Shown here in pieces: positions 25,628 through 32,893 of a stretch of DNA of 45,227 nucleotides; position 1 is the stretch's first letter; each line of letters begins with the position of its first letter. The notes under the pieces were generated by a model. It had not been told where the DNA came from. It saw only the letters and a list, made by a program, of their open reading frames with translations, and ran no database searches. The stretch covers positions 1 to 45,227 of the forward strand of contig DASWYG010000316.1 in NCBI GenBank assembly GCA_036405075.1. The letters run 5' to 3'. The translations under genes were made by a program, and so were the position numbers. The stretch comes from Bacteroidia bacterium (GTDB lineage Bacteria; Bacteroidota; Bacteroidia; NS11-12g; UBA955).

Positions 25628-26317
25628 ATGAAAAAAAGGGTAGTCATATTAACCGGAGCCGGTATAAGTGCAGAAAGTGGTATTAGCACATTCAGGGATG
25701 CCGGAGGTTTATGGGAAGGACACGATATCATGGAAGTGGCCAGCCCACAGGGCTGGAAACTGAATCCTGAATTGGTTACCGATTTTTACAACAAACGCAG
25801 AATCAAATTATCGGAAGTAGAACCCAATGCGGGACACCTGGCGCTCAAACATCTGGAAGACCAATTTGAAACTTACATCGTCACTCAAAATGTGGATGAC
25901 TTGCATGAAAGGGCAGGTAGTAAAAACATTATGCATTTGCATGGAGAGTTGATCAAAATGAGGAGTGAAGCATTTCCTGATGATATTTATGAAATTGGAT
26001 ACAAAGAAATGAAGTTCGGTGAAAGATGTCCAAAAGGTGGTTTGTTACGACCCCATATAGTTTGGTTTGGCGAAGAAGTTCCATTGATCAATGAAGCAGC
26101 TAAGCTGGTTTCCGGATGTGATTATTTACTCATTGTTGGAACATCTTTAGAAGTATATCCCGCAGCCGGACTGGTAAACGAAGTGCCTCCGCATTGCATG
26201 ACTTATCTGGTAGATCCGAACCGACATGGCGGCTTGGCCGGAAATCGATTGGAGGTCATTCAGGGAACTGCAGCTAAAGTATTACCGGAACTTGTTAACA
26301 GACTGCTGAACGCTTGA
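25628..26317 (+). CDS. cobB: NAD-dependent protein deacylase (CobB-like sirtuin)
   Basis: GAGISAESGISTFRDAGGLWE, TQNVDDLHERAG, HLHGEL (catalytic His), LLIVGTSLEVYPAAG. Collinear with E. coli CobB. Confidence 0.88.
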   Translation: MKKRVVILTGAGISAESGISTFRDAGGLWEGHDIMEVASPQGWKLNPELVTDFYNKRRIKLSEVEPNAGHLALKHLEDQFETYIVTQNVDDLHERAGSKNIMHLHGELIKMRSEAFPDDIYEIGYKEMKFGERCPKGGLLRPHIVWFGEEVPLINEAAKLVSGCDYLLIVGTSLEVYPAAGLVNEVPPHCMTYLVDPNRHGGLAGNRLEVIQGTAAKVLPELVNRLLNA

Positions 26318-26337
26318 TTTTTTATTACTTTTTGGTA

Positions 26338-26345
26338 TAAATTTG
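26338..26345 (+). promoter_or_regulatory. Candidate -7 promoter box (TAAATTTG)
   Basis: TAnnTTTG match 14 nt upstream of ATG 26360. Confidence 0.4.
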
Positions 26346-26359
26346 CAAGAAAAAATACC

Positions 26360-26875
26360 ATGAGAAAACAAATTTTCACCATCGCACTAATTGCAGGATT
26401 GTCTTCATGCAGTAATTCAGGAAATACAACAGATTCAAACGCAGCAGACAGCACAACAACGGCTCACAATCATGAGGCTGAACACAAAGCTGATACCACA
26501 GCAATCTTACCCGGACAAAGGATCTATTTCAAAAACCTTCAAGAAGGTCAAATCATTAAATTGCCTTTTGTTGTTGAGTTTGGTGTAGACGGCATGGAAG
26601 TGGAACCTGCTTCAACGGCCAATCCCAACAAAGGTCATCACCATCTGGTTGTAGACAATGAATTGGTGCCTGCCGGAACCATGGTGCCCATGGGCAAAGA
26701 AACTGAAGGTTATTACCATTTTGGTAAAGGGCAAACTTTAGACACTTTGAAATTGTCTAAATATCCAATGTTAAAGCCGGGCAAACACAAGATCAGTTTG
26801 CAATTTGCCAACGGTATGCACATGTCTTACGGTCCTATGATGAGCACAACTGTAAACGTTGAAATATTGCCATAA
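26360..26875 (+). CDS. His-rich lipoprotein, DUF4399-like
   Basis: Lipobox GLSSC, AHNHEAEHK, and the KGHHHLVVDNE motif that I associate with DUF4399. The assignment is from memory only. Confidence 0.55.
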   Translation: MRKQIFTIALIAGLSSCSNSGNTTDSNAADSTTTAHNHEAEHKADTTAILPGQRIYFKNLQEGQIIKLPFVVEFGVDGMEVEPASTANPNKGHHHLVVDNELVPAGTMVPMGKETEGYYHFGKGQTLDTLKLSKYPMLKPGKHKISLQFANGMHMSYGPMMSTTVNVEILP

Positions 26876-26885
26876 TGATCTGTTC

Positions 26886-26920
26886 CTGACGAAAGTCAAC
26901 TTTTAAACTGACCTAAGTCA
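26886..26920 (+). promoter_or_regulatory. Tandem 14-nt repeat, each copy containing a TGAC-N4-GTCA inverted repeat, upstream of hsp20
   Basis: ctgacGAAagtcaa (26886-26899) and ctgacCTAagtcaa (26907-26920), 11/14 identical, with start-to-start spacing of 21 nt. The second copy ends 23 nt upstream of the -7 box. Confidence 0.45.
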
Positions 26921-26943
26921 AATCTCTCGAATTTCATACATAG

Positions 26944-26951
26944 TAGCTTTG
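26944..26951 (+). promoter_or_regulatory. Candidate -7 promoter box (TAGCTTTG) for hsp20
   Basis: TAnnTTTG match 22 nt upstream of ATG 26974. Confidence 0.4.
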
Positions 26952-26973
26952 TACTCAAATAATAAAGCTAATT

Positions 26974-27417
26974 ATGTCACAATTAAAATCAAAAAACGCG
27001 GATTTATTTCCATCCTTTGTGTCTGACTTTTTCAATTCAGACAGGTTTTTCACTCCCGGCAAATGGTTTGATGCGAGCATCGAAGAATTTATGCCGGCCG
27101 TAAACATCAAAGAAAGCGACAACAAATTCAGTATTGAACTTGCTGTTCCCGGATTTAAGAAGGAAGATTTTAAGATCAATCTCAGTGGCGACATATTAAA
27201 TGTCAATGCAGAGAAGAAAACAGAATCGGAAGACAAAAACGAAAAGTATACCCGCAAAGAATACAGCTACAATGCATTTTCAAGATCATTCAGCTTGCCT
27301 CAGGTATGCAATCCCGACTCAATTGATGCTGCTTATGACAATGGCATATTGAAAATCGCTGTTGCCAAAAAAGCAATTGAAAGTGGTCAGGGTAAAAAGA
27401 TGATAGAAGTGAAATAG
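26974..27417 (+). CDS. Small heat-shock protein (Hsp20/alpha-crystallin family)
   Basis: 147 aa. PAVNIKESDNKFSIELAVPGFKKEDFKI...FSRSFSLP....I.A.Y.NGILKI matches the alpha-crystallin domain pattern. Confidence 0.9.
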   Translation: MSQLKSKNADLFPSFVSDFFNSDRFFTPGKWFDASIEEFMPAVNIKESDNKFSIELAVPGFKKEDFKINLSGDILNVNAEKKTESEDKNEKYTRKEYSYNAFSRSFSLPQVCNPDSIDAAYDNGILKIAVAKKAIESGQGKKMIEVK

Positions 27418-27540
27418 ATCATAGGTCATTTTTGGCCAAATTGCAGTAGGTAATATTCAATGGCTTCAGTACTTGAGCTGTTTGAAACTAAAAATTTAAT
27501 GACTCATCGTGATGGAATGTGTTAAGGTTCCATCAAAAAG

Positions 27541-27569
27541 AAGGTCTCCGGGGAAGGAGGCCTTTTTTT
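27541..27569 (+). terminator. Rho-independent terminator downstream of hsp20
   Basis: aaggtctcc (27541-27549) / loop ggggaa / ggaggcctt (27556-27564), with one G-U pair, followed by T7. Confidence 0.75.
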
Positions 27570-27585
27570 ATCACTTCAATTGTTT

Positions 27586-27593
27586 TATTTTTG
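27586..27593 (+). promoter_or_regulatory. Candidate -7 promoter box (TATTTTTG)
   Basis: TAnnTTTG match 16 nt upstream of ATG 27610. Confidence 0.4.
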
Positions 27594-27609
27594 ATACTGT
27601 TAGAACATT

Positions 27610-27915
27610 ATGGAACAAAACTATCATTACGCCACTGTAACAGAGGCCATAAACACATTAAGAGCTCAGGGCTTCAATGTTGATTTCAATCTCGAAGAGA
27701 ATTGCATCGCTTGTCACGCAGGCAAATTTGAACCCGATCATTTTGAAATTACAGAGGTATATCGCTATGAAGGCAATACGGATCCTGCAGACGAAGCCAC
27801 TGTTTATGGCATAGAGTCGAACTCGGGCGTAAAAGGAATATTGGTAACAGGTTATGGGGCAGAATCTGATATAGCCACTGATACCATGTTGGCCAAACTC
27901 AGATTGAACCATTGA
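27610..27915 (+). CDS. Conserved small hypothetical protein (about 100 aa; I recall this Bacteroidota family being mislabelled 'phosphoribosylpyrophosphate synthetase')
   Basis: The pattern ...EAINTLRAQGFNVDFNL..NCIAC......PDHFEITEVYRYEGNTDPADEATVYGIES..GVKGILVTGYG resembles a family I recall from flavobacterial genomes. Preferred over the antisense ORF 27658..28053. Confidence 0.6.
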   Translation: MEQNYHYATVTEAINTLRAQGFNVDFNLEENCIACHAGKFEPDHFEITEVYRYEGNTDPADEATVYGIESNSGVKGILVTGYGAESDIATDTMLAKLRLNH

Positions 27916-28008
27916 AAAGTGTTGGCATTTCAGATTTTTTCTATTTGAAGTCTCGATAATGCTATCATTCCAAGCTATGTAATTTGGGGTGATTTGAAAA
28001 AAAATGCT

Positions 28009-28016
28009 TATTTTTG
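28009..28016 (+). promoter_or_regulatory. Candidate -7 promoter box (TATTTTTG) for purF
   Basis: TAnnTTTG match 16 nt upstream of ATG 28033. It lies inside the longer ORF 27994.., which argues for the 28033 start. Confidence 0.4.
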
Positions 28017-28032
28017 TGCTCAATTCCAAAAA

Positions 28033-29925
28033 ATGAGTGATGCCATTAAGCACGAATGCGGAGTAGCATTCATAAGGCTTCTAAAACCCCTCGAGTATTT
28101 TACTGAAAAATATGGAACGCCATTGTACGGTCTGAAAAAATTACAGACTTTGATGGCCAAACAAATCAACCGTGGCCAAGATGGTGCAGGATTAGGAGTC
28201 ATTAAACTCGATCCTCAATTTGGTCAAAGGTATTTGGCCAGAAAGCGATCCAATTCAAAAAATCCTGTAGCCGATATTTTTGAAGAGATCAACGCAAGCT
28301 TAGCAGAACTCGATCAGGATAACCTTAAAAATGCACTGTATTTAAAAGAGCATTTTCCCTATGCCGGAGAATTGTTATTGGGTCATTTGAGGTATGGTAC
28401 CCACGGTGGCAACAGCCTCGAAAACCTACATCCGTTTTTAAGACAAAACAACTGGATGTGCAGAAATCTGGTGATTGCCGGAAATTACAACCTCACAAAT
28501 GTCGATGAACTCTTTGCTCAATTGATAGAATTGGGACAACAACCAAAGGAAATCAGCGACAATGTGACCATGCTCGAAAAAATTGGTCATTTCCTGGACG
28601 AAGAAAACGAAAGACTTTTCAAACAATTCAAAAAAGAAGGATATTCAAATTTCGAGATCACTCAAAAAATTAAAGAAAACCTCAACATTGAAAGCATATT
28701 GAAAAATGCTTTTAAGAGAACCGATGGCGGTTACAATATGGTGGGAATGATTGGTCATGGTGCTTCTTTCGTTATTCGCGACCCTAGTGGTATCAGACCT
28801 TCGTTCTGGTATGCCAATGATGAAGTTCTCGTTGTGGCGAGTGAAAGAGCGGCAATAACCACTACGTTCAATGTGAATTACAAAGACATCAAAGAAGTGA
28901 CTCCGGGTTGCGCTTTGATCATACAAAAAGATGGCTCTTACAAAGAGACCAGAATTCTTGAACAAAGACCACAAAAATCCTGTTCATTCGAACGTATTTA
29001 TTTCTCAAGAGGCAATGATGCTGACATTTATTCTGAACGAAAAATGTTAGGCAAATTATTGGCCCCAAAAGTATTGGAGTCTTTGAATTACGATATAGAA
29101 AACACTGTATTTGCTTATATTCCCAATACTGCTGCAACATCTTTTTATGGTATGATCGACGGTATCAACGACTGGTTAAAAATCAAACGTTCGGAGATGA
29201 TTATGGCAGAAAAAGACACCTTGACACCCGAGCGCATACAAGAAATACTGACGTATAGGATCAGAAGGGAGAAAATTCTGGTAAAGGATGCCAAGATGCG
29301 TACTTTTATCACCAATGATACCGATCGCGAAGACATAGTAGGTTTGGCCTATGATGTAACCTATGGTGTTATCAATCCCAATGTAGATACCTTGGTGATC
29401 ATTGATGATTCAATAGTTAGAGGTACAACTTTGAAAACCAGTATCCTTAGAATTTTAGGCAGATTGAAACCCAAGAAGATCATGGTGGTTTCGAGTGCAC
29501 CTCAGATTTTATTTCCAGATTGTTATGGCATAGACATGAGCCGATTGAAAGATTTTGTTGCTTTCAGGGCTTTGTTGGAACTTTTGAAAGAGAGAGGCCT
29601 GGAGCACAAATTGATGGAAACCTATCAATTGTGTAAAGCCGAAATGCAGAAACCGGTAGAGGAAATGGAAAACCATGTCATAGCCTTATACAAACATTTC
29701 ACTATGGAAGAAATTTCCAAGAAAGTGGCTGAAATAGTAACGCCAGAGAATTTTGAACCTGAGGTAGAAATCATTTTCCAAGACGTAGAAAGTTTGCATA
29801 AAGCTTGCCCGGATCATACCGGTGATTGGTATTTTACCGGCGATTTCCCTACACCCGGTGGCATTAAGATCACCAATAGGGCTTTCATCTATTTCATGGA
29901 AAAGAACACTGCAAGAGCTTATTGA
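28033..29925 (+). CDS. purF: Amidophosphoribosyltransferase (long Bacteroidota-type PurF)
   Basis: Ntn nucleophile context MSDAIKHE-CGVAFI (short propeptide as in B. subtilis PurF), NRGQDGAG, and PRTase motif LVIIDDSIVRGTT. Confidence 0.8.
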   Translation: MSDAIKHECGVAFIRLLKPLEYFTEKYGTPLYGLKKLQTLMAKQINRGQDGAGLGVIKLDPQFGQRYLARKRSNSKNPVADIFEEINASLAELDQDNLKNALYLKEHFPYAGELLLGHLRYGTHGGNSLENLHPFLRQNNWMCRNLVIAGNYNLTNVDELFAQLIELGQQPKEISDNVTMLEKIGHFLDEENERLFKQFKKEGYSNFEITQKIKENLNIESILKNAFKRTDGGYNMVGMIGHGASFVIRDPSGIRPSFWYANDEVLVVASERAAITTTFNVNYKDIKEVTPGCALIIQKDGSYKETRILEQRPQKSCSFERIYFSRGNDADIYSERKMLGKLLAPKVLESLNYDIENTVFAYIPNTAATSFYGMIDGINDWLKIKRSEMIMAEKDTLTPERIQEILTYRIRREKILVKDAKMRTFITNDTDREDIVGLAYDVTYGVINPNVDTLVIIDDSIVRGTTLKTSILRILGRLKPKKIMVVSSAPQILFPDCYGIDMSRLKDFVAFRALLELLKERGLEHKLMETYQLCKAEMQKPVEEMENHVIALYKHFTMEEISKKVAEIVTPENFEPEVEIIFQDVESLHKACPDHTGDWYFTGDFPTPGGIKITNRAFIYFMEKNTARAY

Positions 29926-29943
29926 TCTAATGGCAGCCGAATC

Positions 29944-30507
29944 ATGTTGCTACTGATAGACAATTACGACTCATTTACTTACAATTTAAAAGACTATTTC
30001 GAGCAATTGGGCCAGGAAGTTCTGGTGGTGATGAACGATCAATTGGACGAATCCACTTTAAAAATCAAATTCGAACGAGTCGTTATTTCTCCGGGCCCAA
30101 ATACGCCCATTCAATCAGGCAATCTTATGTCTATGATGCCACATTTGGTAAAAAATACACCGGTATTGGGCATCTGTTTGGGGCATCAGGCCTTGGGTCA
30201 ATATTTTGGAGCTAAATTATTAGAAGCAGAGTTGCCCATGCATGGTAAAGTCTCAGCCATCACTCACAATCAAACAGGAATTTATGCAGGCATACCAAAT
30301 CCAATGAATGTTTGTCGCTATCACAGTTTGATCCTAAAGGATTTGGATCAAACGGATTTGAAATTAACGGCAGCTACATCAGAAGGTGAATGTATGGGAT
30401 TCGCTCATAAAACATTGCCCATACAAGGCATACAGTATCATCCGGAGGCCATTTTAACCGAAAATGGTTTAAAATTACTCGACAACTGGCTCAATATGAC
30501 AAGTTGA
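29944..30507 (+). CDS. pabA: Aminodeoxychorismate/anthranilate synthase component II (class I glutamine amidotransferase)
   Basis: LLIDNYDSFTYNL, GICLGHQ (catalytic Cys), RYHSL, IQYHPE. PabA cannot be distinguished from TrpG on sequence alone. Confidence 0.8.
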   Translation: MLLLIDNYDSFTYNLKDYFEQLGQEVLVVMNDQLDESTLKIKFERVVISPGPNTPIQSGNLMSMMPHLVKNTPVLGICLGHQALGQYFGAKLLEAELPMHGKVSAITHNQTGIYAGIPNPMNVCRYHSLILKDLDQTDLKLTAATSEGECMGFAHKTLPIQGIQYHPEAILTENGLKLLDNWLNMTS

Positions 30508-30859
30508 GATTTGTTCTTGCCAGGTTGTATTTATTTCCTTTTGTTTTAAAGTAAACATATTCATAGCAATGGAATTCTTCATGTGCATCAGCTTTTGCAA
30601 TGACTTTGGTGCAATAGTCAAACTTAAACCCCAATTCTTTCAAGGTAGATTCTGAAACAATTTTTTCATTGTTTTTATTGAGCAAATGATGGATGATTTT
30701 TCTATTGGATTTTAAGATCCCATTCACTGTTTTTACAGGTCTCGAATAGCCGTTGCCAAGCCTATTGTGATATGAACTCCTGCAATGATCCCCGCAAAAC
30801 TTCTTGTCCGAACGGCCACTCAATGGTTTATGGCAGTCCATACATTCTCTTGTGTTCAT
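30491..30859 (-). CDS. Small zinc-ribbon protein (CxxC-N12-CxxxC) of unknown function
   Basis: Start moved to the internal ATG: MNTRECMDCHKPLSGRSDKKFCGDHCRSSYHN... . The longer ORF (to 30937) would overlap the divergent phosphatase gene. Confidence 0.55.
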   Translation of the reverse strand: MNTRECMDCHKPLSGRSDKKFCGDHCRSSYHNRLGNGYSRPVKTVNGILKSNRKIIHHLLNKNNEKIVSESTLKELGFKFDYCTKVIAKADAHEEFHCYEYVYFKTKGNKYNLARTNLNLSY

Positions 30860-30946
30860 ATTCAAAATTATTGACTGTTTCTGATTCTTCAAAAAAATCA
30901 AAGCTAAATAGTCTTTATTTTGTTTGAAAAAGGTCATTTTTGCAAT

Positions 30947-32011
30947 ATGTTGTACTTCAAAAAACCAATGTCCCTTTTAATGGCTTGTGTCTTGTTATTT
31001 AGCAATTGCAATGCCGGCAGAAAAGTATCCATTGAGAAACTGAAGAAACCCCTGAACATCATTTTAATGATCGGTGATGGTATGGGATTGGCACAAATTT
31101 CAGCAGCTTCATTCGTATATGGCGGTTTGTTCATGGAAACCCTCCTTGATATGGGATTAGTGAAAACGTCTTCATCTAATGATTACATCACCGACAGTGC
31201 TGCCGGAGCTACAGCATACAGTACAGGTGTTAAAACATATAATGGTGCGATTGGATTAGGTCCGGATTCAATTTCAAGGATCACCATTTTAGAAGAAGCA
31301 AAGGCCAATGGAAAATCTGTTGGTTTAATTGCAACTTGCAGCATCACACACGCTACACCGGGCTCTTTTTTTGGTCATCAATTGAACCGAGAGATGCACA
31401 ATGCAATTGCGGGTGATTTCTATGGTAAGAACATTGATTATGTAGCAGGCACAGGAAAACCGTATTTTGATATTGAAAGGTTGTTAAAAGATGGTTATCA
31501 GGTTCAAACCGGACCTGAAGTGCTTGAAATGAATAAAAGTAAGAAACAATTTTGGTTTTACAACGACAGCATTGATGCACCAAAGGCCAAAGAAAGAGGA
31601 ATGTGGCTAAAAAATGCGTCGATGAGAGGCATAGAACATTTGTCGCAAAACAGAAATGGATTTTTCTTAATGATTGAAGGCAGTCAGATCGATTGGGGTG
31701 GTCATGACAATGATTTTAATTACACCATAACTGAGTTAAAGGATTTTGATGAAACGATAAAATCTGTGATTGAATTTGCAAAAAAAGACGGAAATACATT
31801 GGTGATAATAACGGCGGATCATGAAACAGGCGGATTGTCACTCAATCATGGCGATTTAAAGAACAGAACCCTTGAAACCTCTTTTGCATCAACTCATCAT
31901 TCAGGCATAATGGTACCGGTATTTGCTTATGGTCCGGGATCTGAAAGGTTCAGAGGCACCATGGAGAATATATCTATTCATCATAAGATGAAGTTATTGT
32001 TTGGCTTTTAA
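30947..32011 (+). CDS. Alkaline phosphatase (PhoA family), lipoprotein
   Basis: Signal ...VLLFSNC. IGDGMG, DSAAGATAYSTG (active-site Ser), DWGGHDN, ADHETGG. Confidence 0.85.
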   Translation: MLYFKKPMSLLMACVLLFSNCNAGRKVSIEKLKKPLNIILMIGDGMGLAQISAASFVYGGLFMETLLDMGLVKTSSSNDYITDSAAGATAYSTGVKTYNGAIGLGPDSISRITILEEAKANGKSVGLIATCSITHATPGSFFGHQLNREMHNAIAGDFYGKNIDYVAGTGKPYFDIERLLKDGYQVQTGPEVLEMNKSKKQFWFYNDSIDAPKAKERGMWLKNASMRGIEHLSQNRNGFFLMIEGSQIDWGGHDNDFNYTITELKDFDETIKSVIEFAKKDGNTLVIITADHETGGLSLNHGDLKNRTLETSFASTHHSGIMVPVFAYGPGSERFRGTMENISIHHKMKLLFGF

Positions 32012-32074
32012 AGATAAAATGAAAAAGGGACCCTAAAGCCCCTTTTTTCATTAATTATAAGTAATCAATCTGTG

Positions 32075-32833
32075 TTACCCTGTGCCTAGTACCTGAAGCA
32101 GCTTTTCCACTTTGTCGTGGGTAATGTTCACTTCGTATTTATCTTTCAGGATTAGGTATCCACCCTCGCTTTTAACATATTCACTAACGTAATTGATGTT
32201 GATCAAATACGATTTGTGTACTCTGATAAAATATTTAGAGATGGAAAGGGAATCTTCAAAATGTTTCAGATTTTTACTGACCAATAATTTTTCGTCATCG
32301 GAGAGTACAATTTCTGAATAAGCGCCATCAGCCTTGATGTATACGATCTGGTCGATGTCGATGAATTTGAGTGACTGACCTACAGCAACAGATATTCTCT
32401 TGTTGCTTTCAGTTTCCAAGTTGTGTTTCAGAGTCGAGAATTTGAGTGTATTTTCTGTTTTGTTGATTTTAAATTTTAGGCGATCTACAGCTGCCCTGAT
32501 TTGTTCAGGTTGTATAGGTTTTAAAATGTAATCAATGGCGGAAAGCTTAAATGCCTGCAAAGCAAATTCATTGTATGCAGTTGTGAAAATGATGTCAAAA
32601 TCAATTTCATCGTCATTGAAAAAATCTAGGATTTGCAAACCGCTGTAGCCCGGCATTTCTATATCAAGAAATACCAAGTTGGGTTTGTGTTTTTTAATCG
32701 CTTTAACGCCTTCCGGCAAGTCGTGACAAGTAGCACAGACTTCCACATCATCCGGACAAGTATCTTCCAGTATTGCTTGTAGCATCTTTACTGCTCTGAC
32801 CTCATCATCGATTATGATTGCTTTTATCACCAT
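32075..32833 (-). CDS. LytR/AlgR-family response regulator (receiver + LytTR DNA-binding domain)
   Basis: IIIDDE, LVFLDIEMPGYSG and KP. C-terminal LytTR pattern ...IVYIKADGAYSEIVL...FIRVHKSYLININYV. Confidence 0.9.
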   Translation of the reverse strand: MVIKAIIIDDEVRAVKMLQAILEDTCPDDVEVCATCHDLPEGVKAIKKHKPNLVFLDIEMPGYSGLQILDFFNDDEIDFDIIFTTAYNEFALQAFKLSAIDYILKPIQPEQIRAAVDRLKFKINKTENTLKFSTLKHNLETESNKRISVAVGQSLKFIDIDQIVYIKADGAYSEIVLSDDEKLLVSKNLKHFEDSLSISKYFIRVHKSYLININYVSEYVKSEGGYLILKDKYEVNITHDKVEKLLQVLGTG

Positions 32834-32893
32834 ACAAATTTGCTTGTTTTAAATGAATTGTATTTTATCACTTTATTAATATCCCCTATTGAT

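Noticed and set aside
21032-26317. Helicase-nuclease plus SIR2 read as a phage-defence system (DSR / Thoeris / SIR2-HerA-like)
   Set aside because: The sirtuin is a short CobB-type deacylase collinear with E. coli CobB, with no extra sensor or effector domain. The helicase-nuclease looks like the recombination-repair type, and there are no mobile-element or other defence genes nearby. I kept it as a low-interest finding only for its unusual packing.
27658-28053. 131-aa minus-strand ORF overlapping the 101-aa plus-strand ORF and the purF promoter
   Set aside because: The plus-strand ORF resembles a recurrent Bacteroidota small-protein family and has its own -7 box and a preceding terminator. 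The minus ORF would run through the purF promoter and has no motifs.
32022-32048. Possible bidirectional terminator between the phosphatase gene and the LytTR regulator (aaaaaggg ... cccttttt)
   Set aside because: Only three G-C pairs, and the rest is A-U pairing with a 10-nt loop. It is too weak to call as a feature, though it is in the right place.
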